Shown here: positions 24,960 through 38,500 of the stretch, one piece after another
Layout of the letters: the number at the start of each line of letters is the position of its first letter
How positions within the stretch are numbered: the first letter of the stretch is position 1
Source of the DNA: Takakia lepidozioides
Lineage: Eukaryota; Plantae; Bryophyta
Direction: 5' to 3'
Assembly: GCA_030704615.1 (NCBI GenBank)
Contig: CM060733.1
Span: forward strand, 14,818,001 to 14,882,000
Length of the DNA stretch: 64,000 nt
Notes under the pieces: model-generated
The model's input: only the letters and a program-made list of their open reading frames with translations
Database searches by the model: none
What the model was told of the DNA's origin: nothing
Program-made: the position numbers and the translations under genes

Positions 24960-25710
24960 TACCACTTCTGGCACACTCAAGCCGCATCTGATGCACAAAC
25001 ACGACAAACACTTAAATTCAGATACGCCCAGTACATGGGCCACCAGCAAAAACACATCTTCTGGCCAACCATGTACCCATCTCCGCACTACCCACTCTGC
25101 TCCCACATCCATGCGACACGCAATACCTGGCACCATCTTCTTAGCGAATGTCCCCACCCCGTCATCCACGGGTTTCGTATTGCTAGGCATCACCATGTCG
25201 TTTGACATATCCATAAACTCTTATTACGCCGTAACGAAACTAGATGGTTCTCACTCATTAATGCTGGCACCTACCAAGGCAGACCTCCCGATCATACGGT
25301 ACCAATATGGCTACTCCCATTGTCTGCCCCTAAATGCTCTCCCGCCCACTGACCCATCCCCAGCCCTCACCATACACTTCAGAGAATTTACATATTGCCA
25401 CGACCGCTTCCCCAGCTCCTCCACCCTCGAAAAACGTAAAAAATATGCACCACTCATCCTAGCTATCCGCCGACGGGGATGGACCACCGGCCCATTAACT
25501 GTCATCACTACCGGCACCAGGGGGACATCCATTATGATAGTATCTTTGCACATCAAATTAATTTTAAACTTCCTCTCACCTCTATTCATAAATGCTTTAA
25601 AGCAATACATCTCACGGCGCTCCATTCTCTCATTGCTAATATTACCAACAAATGATAACTTGAATCCAACCCTCCCCCAGCTTCATAGGTATCCAGAGCG
25701 CCTCTAGGTA
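24960..25710 (+). mobile_element. Degenerate 3' end of a non-LTR retrotransposon with a restriction-like endonuclease (RLE) domain
   Basis: TIHFREFTYCHDRF...EKRKKYAPLILAIRRRGW..LTVITTGTRG resembles the E-x-T...K-x-x-K-Y..L...G-x-x-G layout of RLE domains. Confidence 0.55.
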
Positions 25711-26388
25711 CCCATTGGTACCATGTGGTACCATTCGCTCCACGGGTACCATCTCTCTGCCGGTTACTAGGTGTCACATGGACACCGATTTTTCCACATA
25801 GGGCCCACCCCTGAATCCCACGTAGAGCCCCCTGAAAAAAGGGAGTAGCCGTAAGACGAAGTGGCTCTTAGTTACGCCGGCTTCAGTAGGAGTCGTCTCT
25901 CTCTTCTCTCTATATCCCTTATGTATATCATTTGACGTTGATGTCGACGTTTAATAAATTTGGAATCATGCAAATTCACTTGAAAACTAAATTTTTGATT
26001 CATTGCTTTATAATATTGTTATTATTTGATTTAATTTAAATACAAAATTGTATTAAATTTTGTCCGAATTTAAGCCAAAAGTCTGGAATTAGTTAAAATT
26101 GAGTTCCAATTTCATGTTTTAGTTTTGCTAAAACATTTTCCAAAAATATTCTTGGAATATGTGGCATATTCTCTTCTGAGACGCAGAGACGCGAGCCTAT
26201 GCACATACTACCCCAACCTCACTGCTCATAAAAAAAAACAACCCTCTCACTCCCCAGGGCCACCACCTTGTATAATAGTAGGAAAAGGGCATCCCCAACA
26301 GCCACACTTGGGCAATTTGTTGCCAATCCAAAAGCGTGGTACCTTTGCTGTCTCATTTTTATGTCAATTGCAGTCGTAAAGGAATATG

Positions 26389-27520
26389 TTGGAAGTCTAA
26401 CATTCAACATGTCATATGGTGAATCTTGAAGGGACACAACTCTTAGACAAAGAATAGTGATCTGTGTGACTTGCACCTATTGGTTATTTCAATAGTCATG
26501 ACTGTTCACATGTCTCAAAATGAACATATGTCCACAATTGTAACATCTTCTTCATTATCAATTACAAGTCATCCTCAATCTCCATAAATTTAACGTGGTG
26601 CCAAAGCTTCTGCTCAACCGATCCATAGCGATGAGAGTCAACTTAAGATTGTCATGCTAGTATTGTAATCCTAGTAGATATGATAGTCAAACAACTATCA
26701 AACAAGATCTCCATCATCTAAAATAATATATATAAGACCAAACTTTGCAATATAATATACCATAAGCACCTAAGAATAGTGAATAAATTATTCCTAGGCA
26801 AAGAAGCCCACGAAGGAATATTTATGGTAATAAACATGCAAAGAAGTCTGAGTCTAATAGCCATTTCAAACATTTTGAAGTGTCATTCAAGCATGTAACA
26901 ATTTACATTGTTAACTATGCTTGGAGTTCCAACAAACTTGTTTCAAAACCTTCGTAGAGTTATGTCATGCGACATTAACTTAAAGAAGAGATCTAAGGTG
27001 ACATCCCAATAGTACCACTATTGGTGCATTTGAACTTCAAATGAGCAATTTCTCCAACAAGAACTTCTATTTGAAAATTAGGCTATTCTAACTAATTGAT
27101 AGCAAGTTGGTCGCAACAACGACTTCCACTTGGACGTGAGCGAAGTCTCAGTTCGACCAAGGGAGCACATGCTAGAGGACGTTGGCCAACGCCAACAACT
27201 CTATACATCTCAATCAAATATTAAAATTATGTGAATATGCTTTAATAGCATTGTTGGACAAAAATAGGGCCTTCATAATTTAGACTCATGAATGTCTTCA
27301 TTGAGGGAGGATGTAGGAAGTCAATTCTAACATTCAACATGTCATATGGCGAATCATGAAGGGACACAACTCTTAGACAAAAAGTTGTGATGTGTGTGAC
27401 TTACACCTATTGGTTGTATCAATAGTCATGACTATTCAAGTCTTAAAGTGAGCACACCTTCATTATTGTAACTTCTTCTTCATTACCAATTACAAGTCAC
27501 ATTTTCCCCATAAATTTAAC
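26389..27520 (+). repeat. ~200-bp direct repeat pair (~26389-26595 and ~27315-27520)
   Basis: Shared CTAACATTCAACATGTCATATGG.GAATC.TGAAGGGACACAACTCTTAGACAAA...CCATAAATTTAAC. Confidence 0.85.
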
Positions 27521-28105
27521 AGAACATTCGAATTAAGGAGAGAGTGATAGAGAATGTAGAAGAGAGATTTAGGATATGGATGACACTGTTCTCATCAGGC
27601 TGCGTGCTTGTCATTGCCTATACCCTCAACAACTGAGAAAACAAGAGAGGGAAACTGGAGGGCCAGAGAGAGAAATCAACTACATCCATTCCTTAAAAAC
27701 CTTCTACATCTCCTGCTAGCAGTAGCTTTCAACCCAAGAGCTTTATATGAAGCCCCCTCTTGCACATTGGTCATCATGAACCACATGTTATATTGCATCT
27801 TGTTTCCTTCTACTTCTCTCATAAACAACCATATCCAAACATGCAATCTTGATGCAAGGCGTCTCTCTATCTATACAGGCTTGTGGTAGTAATATAGGTA
27901 GAAAGATGGAAAAAAACTAGGTAGTGTTAGTAGTCATCAACTTATACTTACAATGCAGTTGCTTGCGCTATTGCCCTGCCTCCAAAGCTCAACCTTGTCC
28001 TTGTGTTCAACATTGATGGTTTCTCCATCGAGTCCTTGAGCATAATCAAGGTCACCTTCTAGGCCAACATCCGGCCATTTTGACACCAGTAAAGCAAACC
28101 ACGCC

Positions 28106-28824
28106 ATGGATAATGAGGACAATCCCGGGGCAGGGGGCATATACCCCAAAAGACCGTATGACAAACACTGCCGCAACCTTCCTATTCAATGGCTCAGCGA
28201 AACAAGGACTATCAAGATGGCACGAGGCCTGGACCTGGAACTTACAATATCAGGAAGAGTGTGGGAGGTCCGGCGTACACCATGGCAGGAGCGGCGAGCT
28301 CCAAAGGGAAGGATCCAGTGCCCGGCCCAGGGGCTTACTCAGTAAGCACGAAATACACCAGACCTACTCCCCCATGCTACAGTCTTGCTAGAAGGAGTGA
28401 AAACTTACATGTTGAGAAAGTTCCCGGCCCTGGTACCTACAATCTTCGACGAAGAATGACTGGCCCAGCATACACCCTTGGAATCAGGACGGATGTCTCC
28501 TCGAGCTCCAAAACCCCCGGCCCTGGATCATACACTCCCCTCCGCCCTAAAGACACTCCAGCATACTCCATGGGGCAGCATCTCACAGGTCAAGGACGTG
28601 GTGAACAACCCGGGCCTGGAACGTACAATCTTAGATCCCAGACGCCAGGTCCCAAATACACTATGGGCCAAAGGTTTACTCGCAAATTTAAAGGTCAAAG
28701 CAAGCAACCTCTTTATTCGAGTTCCACAAGTGAACAGAAAGGAAAGCAGCCTGCAACATCTCCGAATACATCCTCTCAGAAAGAATATGTGGGGCAGGGC
28801 CGTATAACTCAACACTACAAATAA
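28106..28824 (+). CDS. ODF3/SHIPPO-1-like (PGPGxY repeat) axonemal protein, intronless; main ORF 28189-28824
   Basis: Five PGPG[TAS]Y repeats, each followed by P[AC K]Y[ST][ML]G-like segments. A sixth repeat (PGAGAY..PSYSM) lies upstream from ATG 28106 but out of frame. Confidence 0.8.
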
Positions 28825-29847
28825 AATGAATACATGTCATGCATGTGCGACCATCTACAAGAGCGATTTGCCCTATGTCATCACCTTGTCCGACTGTGAT
28901 CTTGAATAACCAGAATCCGACATACTCACAATACTTTCAGAGTCACGTCGGAGAAACTAACTATGTAGTGGGGTTCAGTCCTAAGATTTAGGTTCATCAT
29001 GTGTAGCTTAGCTGCTCTATGCCTCATGCTTGAAAAGAGTGATGCAAATCAACTGCTTCGTCTGAAACTATGTGAATGTGACCACTCGCCACCTCTTCGC
29101 TTAGGGTCTCACCAGACCCCTTTCAGGATTTTAGTGAAGTTGCTTTCTTTCTCTTTCTTTACCTATTCATAAGATTGTTAGCACTTCGTGTGATGTGCAG
29201 TCCTGTGTCTTTTGAACAGTACTCTTTGTTTTGTTTCAGCCTTACCATTGCAAAGACCGACGAAAGTCCCACTACCGGTTTGCCAATGTCACTTAACTTG
29301 CAGAGACTTTGTCACGGATACTGTGTATCCACACTCTTTAACATGCCATGCAATGCTAGTGTGGATTGCACGATGCCTGACCCGCTGCACCCCATCTGCA
29401 AAGAGAGTCCAACAATTTCCAGAGCTCACTTTACCTCTCCCCACCACAATTGTTCCAAGGTACAGAGGTAAATATGGCCTGAGATCTACCTAAACTGCAA
29501 AATGACTTAAAGACGAACCCAAGAGAGACAATTGACCAGCCAAAGCTGAAAACCACATTTACCCCCCACATGGGAGCCACCAAGAAATGCCGAATCGAGT
29601 AGTAACCAGGATGAGCATGCAAAGCCACAAGTGTAATTGGAGTCACACGGCCCTAGCCAACATCAGGGGGGACGGAGGAGCGTCATGGCAGCAAAAGAGG
29701 GTGGAGGCAGTGATCGAAGCTTAGTCGTGAAATTTGTTTCTTGCCAACATGCTTCCAGTTAACCTCCCTATCAAATTCCGGGAATCCATGGCATGCTGGT
29801 GTTGAGTCCCTACCAGGAAAGGGGCGGCTGCTTAGTCCAGATATAGA

Positions 29848-30543
29848 GAGATGTCTACCCTTTGCCATGCATCAATGAAACGTTAGATCAACTTAATGGG
29901 GCCACTATCTTCTCTTCATTAGATAAGTTCATTTAACTGCTGCTGCTAAGGAGAAAATTGCCTTCACCTGCAGGATGGGCCTCTTCCAATTTGAAACCAT
30001 GCCTTTTGGTCTTTGCAATGCCACTGCTACATTTCAGCGCCTTATAGACATTGTTTTAGGAAACCTTCGTTGGGAGTGTGCATTAGTTTACATTGATGAC
30101 ATCAACATTTATTCTACAACGTTTGACCCTCATCTGCTGGATTTGCAGCAGGTTGTGTGTAGACTTCGTACAGCCGGGCTTAAAGTTAAAGCCAAGAAGT
30201 GTGATTTTTGTATGGAACAGCTCCATTTCTTGGGCCATCTGCTTTCTGCTGCTGGCATCAGTCCTGACCCAGCTAAGATCCAAACTATGTGGAACTATCC
30301 AGCCCCTAGGGATAAAACATGTGTTAAGGCCTTCTTGGGCTTGGGTTCTTACTATCGTCGCTTCATTTTTCAATTTGCCAAACTAGCTACTCCACTCACT
30401 CGCTTGTTATCCAAGGATGCTCATTTTGTATGGGGTACTGCTGAAACATCCGCCTTTGAGAAACTCAAAATTGCACTAACCTCTGCTCATGTGCTTGCTT
30501 ATCCTGATTTTACCTTGTCGTTTATCTTGCAAACTGATGCCAG
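29848..30543 (+). mobile_element. Host Ty3/Gypsy element A, part 1: RT and start of RNase H (5' LTR, gag and protease missing)
   Basis: DVYPLP..LDQL.GA.IFSSLD, MPFGLCNATATFQR, YIDD, FLGLGSYYRRFI, LQTDAS, cut off by the CACTA-ended insertion. Confidence 0.92.
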
Positions 30544-31584
30544 CACTACAACAGATCGCGGTATATCTGACTGCCGAGCCGTGGTAGTCATGGTTTTTCT
30601 GACTTTGACCATGACTTCCTTGTATTTTTGGACCAAATGGAGCTTCACGTAGTCATTGAAATGACTACGTGACTACGTAGTCCTTTAGGCGACTACTTTG
30701 GTAGACGTCGTCATGACTGCATGGCTCTGCACTAGACGGATGGTTGGTCAACGATGGTTGACCAGCGCGAGCTCGCCACCAAATAGTCGTCGGAATGACT
30801 TCTAGTGCAAGCCTGGTAGCCAAAAGGTTATTTTTAAAAAAAAAATGCTTATAGGGTTGCCCATGAGAGGGCTGGGACTTAGTTTTCTTTTTCTTTCTCT
30901 CCTACGCGGTTTCTTAGTATCGAGCTGTTGTGTTGTGTCATGGACCTGTCATGGAACGCGATGATCGCAGGGGGGGTTGCTATTCCATATGCACAGGTTG
31001 CGTGCATGCATGCACAAAATCCCTTATTATATATGCATGTGACAAATTTGTACGCACACATTGTAGATTGTATGCAGTGGAGTTATATAACATAGAATAC
31101 GACGTATTTATTGCATATGCAAATGTTACATCATATGTATATAGAAAAAATAAAAATAAAAATCTTAGCTAACAAAATCAGTAGTCAATGGTCAAAGATG
31201 CATGTGACCACTAACTCCAACTAATGCACCACCTTAAACTGAAGAGAATACAAGATCCCTGGCCAAAGTAATAGTTTGCAAACTTGTATTCAAGGAAAAC
31301 AGTTTCATATTAACCAAAATATGGACTTTTGTACTAACAAATGCATATGTGTCATGTTTGGAACCACCACATTGCATGTCTGTTTGTAACGCCAAGCAGT
31401 TCTATAATTTGAAAACTTGTATGACAGGTACACAAGTTCCATTTTAACCAAAATAGGAACTTTTGTACTAACAAATGCTATGTGTCATGTTTGGAATAAA
31501 GTAGTAACAAGATAATTACATGTCACATGCATGAAAATGAACGGCACAAGTTAGAGGTTCTTTTTTTGTGCATTTCATGTGTCA

Positions 31585-34500
31585 CTAAGAAGTTGAACTA
31601 GGGTCCTTCTTTAGCATAGCCCTAACCTCTAACTGGCTAAGGGAAGGTTGGTGGATCTCATAAGCCCCGGCGCATCCTAGATGCACGTTGTACATGAAGT
31701 ACATGTGCTTACAAGGTAGATATGTTTGTTTTTTCTTCTTGACAGATAGCTCATCAAAGTCGGACAATCACAAGATGGAAACTGACCAATGTATACATTG
31801 TAAACCAATCTTGCTCTGGTAGATCCCTCTGTTTGTAGCTGGTAAATTCTCCCATAACCTGGCTGAGGCACGTTTCTGAATCCACGAACCTCAGCAATAA
31901 GAGTCTCCGCTGACTCTTGGCGACTCAAGTGTCGAGGAGTCGGATCCTGACGCCGAATGCGCACCCCATAGCGTGTAGTGGGATACTTACCCACAGGAAG
32001 GACAACACCTTGATGCATATGTTGTTCCACTGGAAGTGGTCCCACAGGAAAGTTCGGATCAGGAACGTTGGGAGGATGGACTAGTCGAAAACCTGCAAGG
32101 GTCAAGTTGTCCACCTCTTCTTGTGTAAGGTTGGTTCCAACCTTCACAGGCCACACGTTAGGTATACCCGGTTTTCCCAATCAATAGGATGGCACGGTCC
32201 CTCCAACACACGACAAAACATCTGTGGGGCAAAACCAAAAAACTTGCAGTTTTGGTTCTTTCATGTTCGGTGCTAGTAACTTGCCAGTGAAGCAAGGTGC
32301 AGGACTTCCTTTACCTTTCCTGATGAGCGCTTTGCATTTATCTTTGGAAACTCCAACCAAGGCAGAACAACGAACCATGGAAGCAGGACCTGTCCGCTGA
32401 ATCCTGAACAATGCATCGGAAAAGTCTTGTGTCTCTCTCACTGGATTTCCCCATTGCATTGGCTGAGGAGGGATAGCAACATGTGGATTTGTCTCACAGA
32501 AAGTCGAAGAACTAGGAATGTCATGACTTGATTTGGAGCTGACGAACCTAGATGGCTGGTGTGGACTGGGCATCCCAGTGGCGCGCACTGGAACAGTCTT
32601 TACATTCATATCACACCTCCAAGATTCGTTTGGCCCACCATGCTCATCGCCTAACTTGCATTTGACTGGAATAGTGCGATTGTCTCCCTCCAATTGAACC
32701 CCCCTTGTGTGCATGGGTGTTCCAACTACTATGCCACGTACAACCTTACCCATTTTTGCTGGGCTATTAGATCTAGCTGCTTGACGCAACATGAGCTCCT
32801 CTTTGTCGGGCCCCGTCCCCCATGTCTTTCCTGTGGTGTGCCTGTAAAATGTTGCCTGCTGCAAAAGAGCTCGTGACATGTCATGCATGGTGGCCTCATA
32901 TAGATCCACCTTCATTTTTTTCCCATTGCCTGCTGTCTTCCACCAAGCAGAATGGACTGCCTCAGACAAATTAGTGGTAGGCATATCTGCATCTGCCTCC
33001 ACATCCATGTCCTCTCTCATCCATTGGCCCCACATTCGATATCTGTAGTGCCACCATGCAAGCCATGAATCTAGTTTTGGCAGACTCTTTTCTGTGCATG
33101 CTCCTGAAGAGAGCCACCAAGCCCGAATTGCAATGTATGTGGTTGTAGCATCCTCCAAGGTAGCACTATCTTTTTATTCATAACAGAGCTGAGTGTGCCT
33201 TTCACGGAAGTCCTCCAAGATATAGTCGTTGGTGTGTCTTCGGAGGCTTTCAGCCCAATGATATAAACATGTTCTTTCTTTACCTTCCATTGGGACATTG
33301 GGATCAGATCCATAAACCCTTCGAACAGCAGCCCAATTCGCTCCTGCTGCATCCGCCATGAAGCCAGCAAAATTTGGTTTGTTCAAGCCAGCAAGTTTTG
33401 CTTGTTCATTGATCATCTCCCAAAATAACACCTGAGCATCTGCATCCTCTGTTTTCATATCGCAAATGGCAATGGTCATCATTCGCTTGACATATGGTTC
33501 ATAGACATGACACGCAAGAGTTGTCCAATCCTTGATGCGTTTGACATGGTCAAATACTACCCAACTTGTGCATAGATCCCCCTCACTCATGCGACGCACA
33601 AGATCAACACCACTCCCGGGACCAGCAACAGACATCTTGAAAACATGGGGGAGATGAGAAGTATGCTGGCCTGGAAGGAGATTGTTGTGAATGAAATGGT
33701 ATGTACTCAGACGCTTCAACTCCAATATGGACATGATGGAATTGACACGTGCAGATGCGACCTTGTTTTTCACATTGGGGCTACAAACATGGGCAAACTC
33801 TTCAAGAATATCTTCCAAAGCCTCTCCCTCAAGACGTACTGTCTCTGTGCCATCAGCCACAAGAACTCGATCAATCAAGAGCTTTTGGGCCATTGACAAG
33901 GAAATAGCTCCCGGGGTCGACCATGGCTTCATCTTAACGTGCTCTTGAATCATGCTTGATGCATTTTCCGCAGCCTCTCTATTCTCGCCCTTGGCACATG
34001 GATGGTTATGAAACCCAACGTGAACTGCAACACGTGTATATGTTGGAAGGGAACTTGTGACATAGTACATTCTTGCCCCACAATGCGCCTCACAGAAAGG
34101 TCTTTCTTTGCAGAAACTACACTTGAACTGGTTGAATGGAACTTGGGCTCCTGCAATGAACACCTTGTCTGCATTGCCTTCCCAATAGCGGTCATTCCGT
34201 TCTCCTTCTTTCTTGAAGAAGGGGCAAGTGCTGCTTTGACATATGAGCTTTCCAACACAAAAAACCTTACTACATTTCACATGATCTGGAACACCAGACA
34301 TATCGTAGGTATTGGTCTTGCACCAAGGATGACCATCAAACTTGCGGTCCATGCCTTGGAGGGACTGTGAACCACGGTCCGTACGTAGTTTGACCACGGG
34401 GGGGAGTTCGTGGATCACTTTTCTATCAAAAGCTCGAGGAAGACACCGAACACGATGCACTGGAATGTGACTATAGTCCAAGGTAGAAAGCTCTCATTTT

Positions 34501-34600
34501 GATCCATTCCTCCGAGCAATGGCCAAGATACTCAAAATGGACAACACACCAGAAGGAAATGCAGATGTAGCCTCCCATGCTAGTCGTGGAGATGAAGATA
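31585..34600 (-). pseudogene. Transposase: GCM-like Zn domain + MULE-type DDE domain + C-terminal SWIM finger (disrupted by stops and a frameshift)
   Basis: One frame across ORFs 33174..34481, 32181..33158 and 31677..32180, separated by single stops. GCM-like CVGKLICQSSTC..CSFC..HC..GFHNHP; DDE motifs WVVFDH, FMADA, CLYH (CxxH), TTNLSE; SWIM SCDC..CKH across a 1-nt frameshift near 31765. Confidence 0.85.
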
Positions 34601-35513
34601 AATCCCTCGCAGATTCGCAACAATCAGACGTGGTGTTGTCCAATGGAGTTTTCCGAGGCTTCAGCGGAGACACTTGGAGCTTGGTTTTTTTTGCATATTC
34701 CCTGTGTTACGGAAGCTCCAAAGCGCCAAGGCTGCCACCTCTGTCAACACAGACCCGTGCAGCATGGCTACTCACATATTTCAGGAAGTTCTCCCCCCCT
34801 TCCATCTCTTTTGTTTCTCCGCATTCTCATAAGTTGTTGATGCTCCGAGCGGGCTGGGCTGCCATATCCGCCGGCGCATACCCATTGAGCACAATCTTTT
34901 TTTGCTTAGCTCCTAGGTTTCAGGAACCTCATGCAAGCATCTCCGCCGGCGGAGATGCTTGGAGCTTGGTTTTTTGTTGTATATTCCATGTGTTACGTAA
35001 GCTCCAAAGTGTCGAGGCTGCCACCTCCGTCGGCGCAGACGCTTGGGGAACCTTCCCTATTTTGGTTGATCACAGTATTCAAGTATCTCAAAGCTTCTAC
35101 ATTGCCACCTCCACATGCTTCCATAGGCCTAGTTTGATCTTTCAAGGTGCTCCTGTATGTTTGGCTACAACCTCCCTTCCATGGTATGCGCCGGCGCATA
35201 TGCTTGGAGCTCCTTGAGCAAAAATTTCTTCAAGGGCCTCAAATCTTGTCAAATTTTGAGTTGGTTGCACATATGTGTCATATGCGCCGGCGTAGGTGGT
35301 CGGAGGTCCTCTGTTGGGATGCTCACGCCTGTATTATGCTCCAAGTTGTAAGCTTTGAAAGACAAGGACATTCATGGAATTAGTTGACTATCCAAATTCA
35401 TTTGTTTTCTTCATGCAACCATGACACTGAACTGCTCTTTTTACATATTATACATTCACACATGTGCTCTTCTCATACACTGACATCTTGAACTGTTTTG
35501 GTCTATGGAATTA

Positions 35514-38500
35514 GGAAATTACTACTACAACTGAAGCTGTGGAGGCCGGGACGCTTGCAACCATTATTGACGACATTGATGCAGGGAATTGGGGGGCAGA
35601 TGAGTATGAAGAGGATACAACATCTAGTGATCCTCTTTCTCTAGATGCCAAACAGGCAATTATTTTGGAAAAGAAACAAGATCTGAATGTAACTTTCAGG
35701 TCCCTCCTCATCGAGGATGGAGTTATGGACATTCCATTGTGTCGCATGATTTCTATGCAGGTTGTTAGGCCCGCCCTTGCCAACGACATCCTAAAGCTTA
35801 GAGGAGACTTCTATTCTGGATTCCATCCAGGAGCAGCCGTGTTCTATGTTTCTGTTGAGGGGATTGATGGATCTACTATAGATGTAGGTCCTGATATCAT
35901 CTCTATATGGGATAGTCATTGGAAAACAGTCAATGATGAGTTTGAGAAGTATCTTGAGTCCAAGCCAAAGTTGCATCATCTTCGGGGGAAGATGTTTCAT
36001 GTCTGGGATGGGAATCATAGGCTTCAAGCATGGTATCCCTATATCAATGAAGTTCATGGGGCCAACTTGTCAAGAATGTCTGTGTGACAAGTTGGGTGCT
36101 CAATGCGGACATTGAAAATCGTGGTTCCCTCAGGTCCATCATGGATGGAGTGAATGTGTGAGTTTCCTTTCTATTCTTCATTTACTTTCATGTTCAATGT
36201 TGTCATGTTCTTGCTCAATGGATGTACATATACACATCTTCTTTCTAATGATCATATTTTATATGTGCAGGGCAACAGAGAGGGCACATGTTACATCCAA
36301 ATTTGTGCACTTGGTTTGCAAGGTCAATATGATTGGCCTTACACCTGTCTCTGAATGGAAGAATGTATTGAGGAAAGAGCAATACGACGAATGCATCAAG
36401 AAAGCAGGAAAGACTTGGTATAACCTGACAGTCCATGCAATGCCAGAGATTTTGTACAAGGTAACATCATGTCTTAACCAAGTTTCATTCTTTGCATCCA
36501 TAGACAAGATTCACCTCTGCTTCATGTTATGAACTGTTTTGGTTCTTTTGGCAGCATGATATTGTTGAGGCCCAACGCATGGCGGGGGAAGCTTACAAAC
36601 TTGCTGAGGGGCCAAAGAGTCAAGAGGGCCTTGAAGATACAATGAGACAGGCTGGATTGAAAGCAAGGGAGCAACACAAGAGTCAGCTTGTGAAGTTGCT
36701 TCCTATTGCTGATCCAACCCTTGGAGAGGGGTTTCTCCAAGAACTTAAACTGCATTGGTCACGTGTAAAGGCAGGATCAGAGGAAATGACCCAAGAGAAA
36801 ATGGTGAACATTGCTACCGCCCGGGTGGATCCTGAAGAAAAGGTGGAATGGCTACATATATGGAATGGAGACCAAACACTTCACGACCGTAATTTTTTTC
36901 CACCCGGGCCTATCAGTGGGCCAACACTTGATCCTTGGCTGAATAGAAGGACTTTTTGGTGGCAGGTACATATACAATCACTATCTTCTCAATGCAATTA
37001 ATTCATTTTGTTGATGACACATTAACATAGTTATTTAACTTACTATATTTTCTGGCAGCTTCGCAAGGTTGCCTTGGCTCAGTTTGCCTTGTACACCACT
37101 CAGTTTGGCCAATTTCATGTTGCTTTGGAGGAAGGAGAGAGTGAGAGTCTGGGAGACTACATGGATACATGGAAGATGACTCATTTCAATGAGTTGTTTC
37201 ATAGAGAGTTCTCATTGCCAAAGGGGCCATTCAGAGGCAATGATTGGGAACAACAAACAGGTGGGGAGAAGGTGGTGAGACGGATTTTATTCAGGTACCA
37301 TCTTTCCATTGCATTGTACATGGATAGTGTATACACCTTGTAAGTCAAAAATGTCTATGCTTCAAGTATTTTTCTAGTACATTGGGATATACATGTTTCT
37401 TAATGTGCTTGTTCAATTGTTGAACATGTTGCATAAATATTTGTCTCCACAATAACTTTGAATGTGTTTGTATTTTAGGTACATGAGATTTGTGCTTGTA
37501 CCGAGTGATCGACTTAAGGCCGAGCCCAAGTTTCTGATGGCCTGGAAGTTTGGTGCTCAACAAGCTTCCATGTACACACCTGCAATTGAGGAAGATTGGG
37601 GTGTGGAACACCGGGAAGGGGGGGGTTGGTATTTGGATATGCCCAAGGGTACTATCCCCTATGCAGAAATGGGACTTCATAAGGAATGTGTTCGCAGGCA
37701 GTCAGTGAGTGATGAAGGGGGTATCTCCCCTGAAGTCCCTGTTCTTGATCTGGAGCATGCAGAACAGATTGCTACACAGGCCGCTGACGCTGTAGCCCAA
37801 GTGGTCCCTGCCGTTGTGGGTGTACCAAAACGCAAATCACGAAAAAGAAAAGGTGCGGATGTCAATGCAGGTGTGGCCCCCAATGCAGGTGTGGCTTCTA
37901 TTGCTGGTCCTATTGGTAGTTCTTCACATCCTTCAAATCAGTTGGTTGTAGTGCCTGCACCTACTACTCGAGGAAACAAGCCAAAGGCAAGCGAACATCC
38001 TTACAGTGCAGTGTCATTTTCTGGTGGTGCACCTAGCATGTATCGCATGAAGATCATGCCTACTCATTTCATTGATCTGGTGGAGGCCTCAAGTACATCT
38101 CCTGATGCGACCTTGAAAGAGCTCATGGAGTTCTTAAAAAATGTGAGTTTCCCCCAACAAACAAACTTGAATGTAAGGAATTCTTCGATGTTTTTATATC
38201 CTCATCATCCGGCTATTGACTCCTACATTTTCTGTATGTTGTTTGCAGTTGCCAGGAACTTGGTCTAGTGTTGTGGATGGAAAAAGTGTGCATGTGGCTG
38301 TGGACATGATCATCGTGGACTGCCCAACAGGAATGCCTGTACAGGGCTGTTTGGATGGTGTACAGGTTCCTCCCTGGAATGCTTTTGATAAACGGTATTG
38401 GGAGTATGCATTCTCCATTGCTAATGACCTGTTGGATGACAATGGATGCTTGATGTTCTTGCAGGGCTCTCATGATTCATTTGCATTGGAGCTCTTTTCT

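Noticed and set aside
34519-35217. 232-aa plus-strand ORF as a separate gene
   Set aside because: No recognisable domain; it overlaps the antisense of the transposase 5' region and the repeat-rich spacer.
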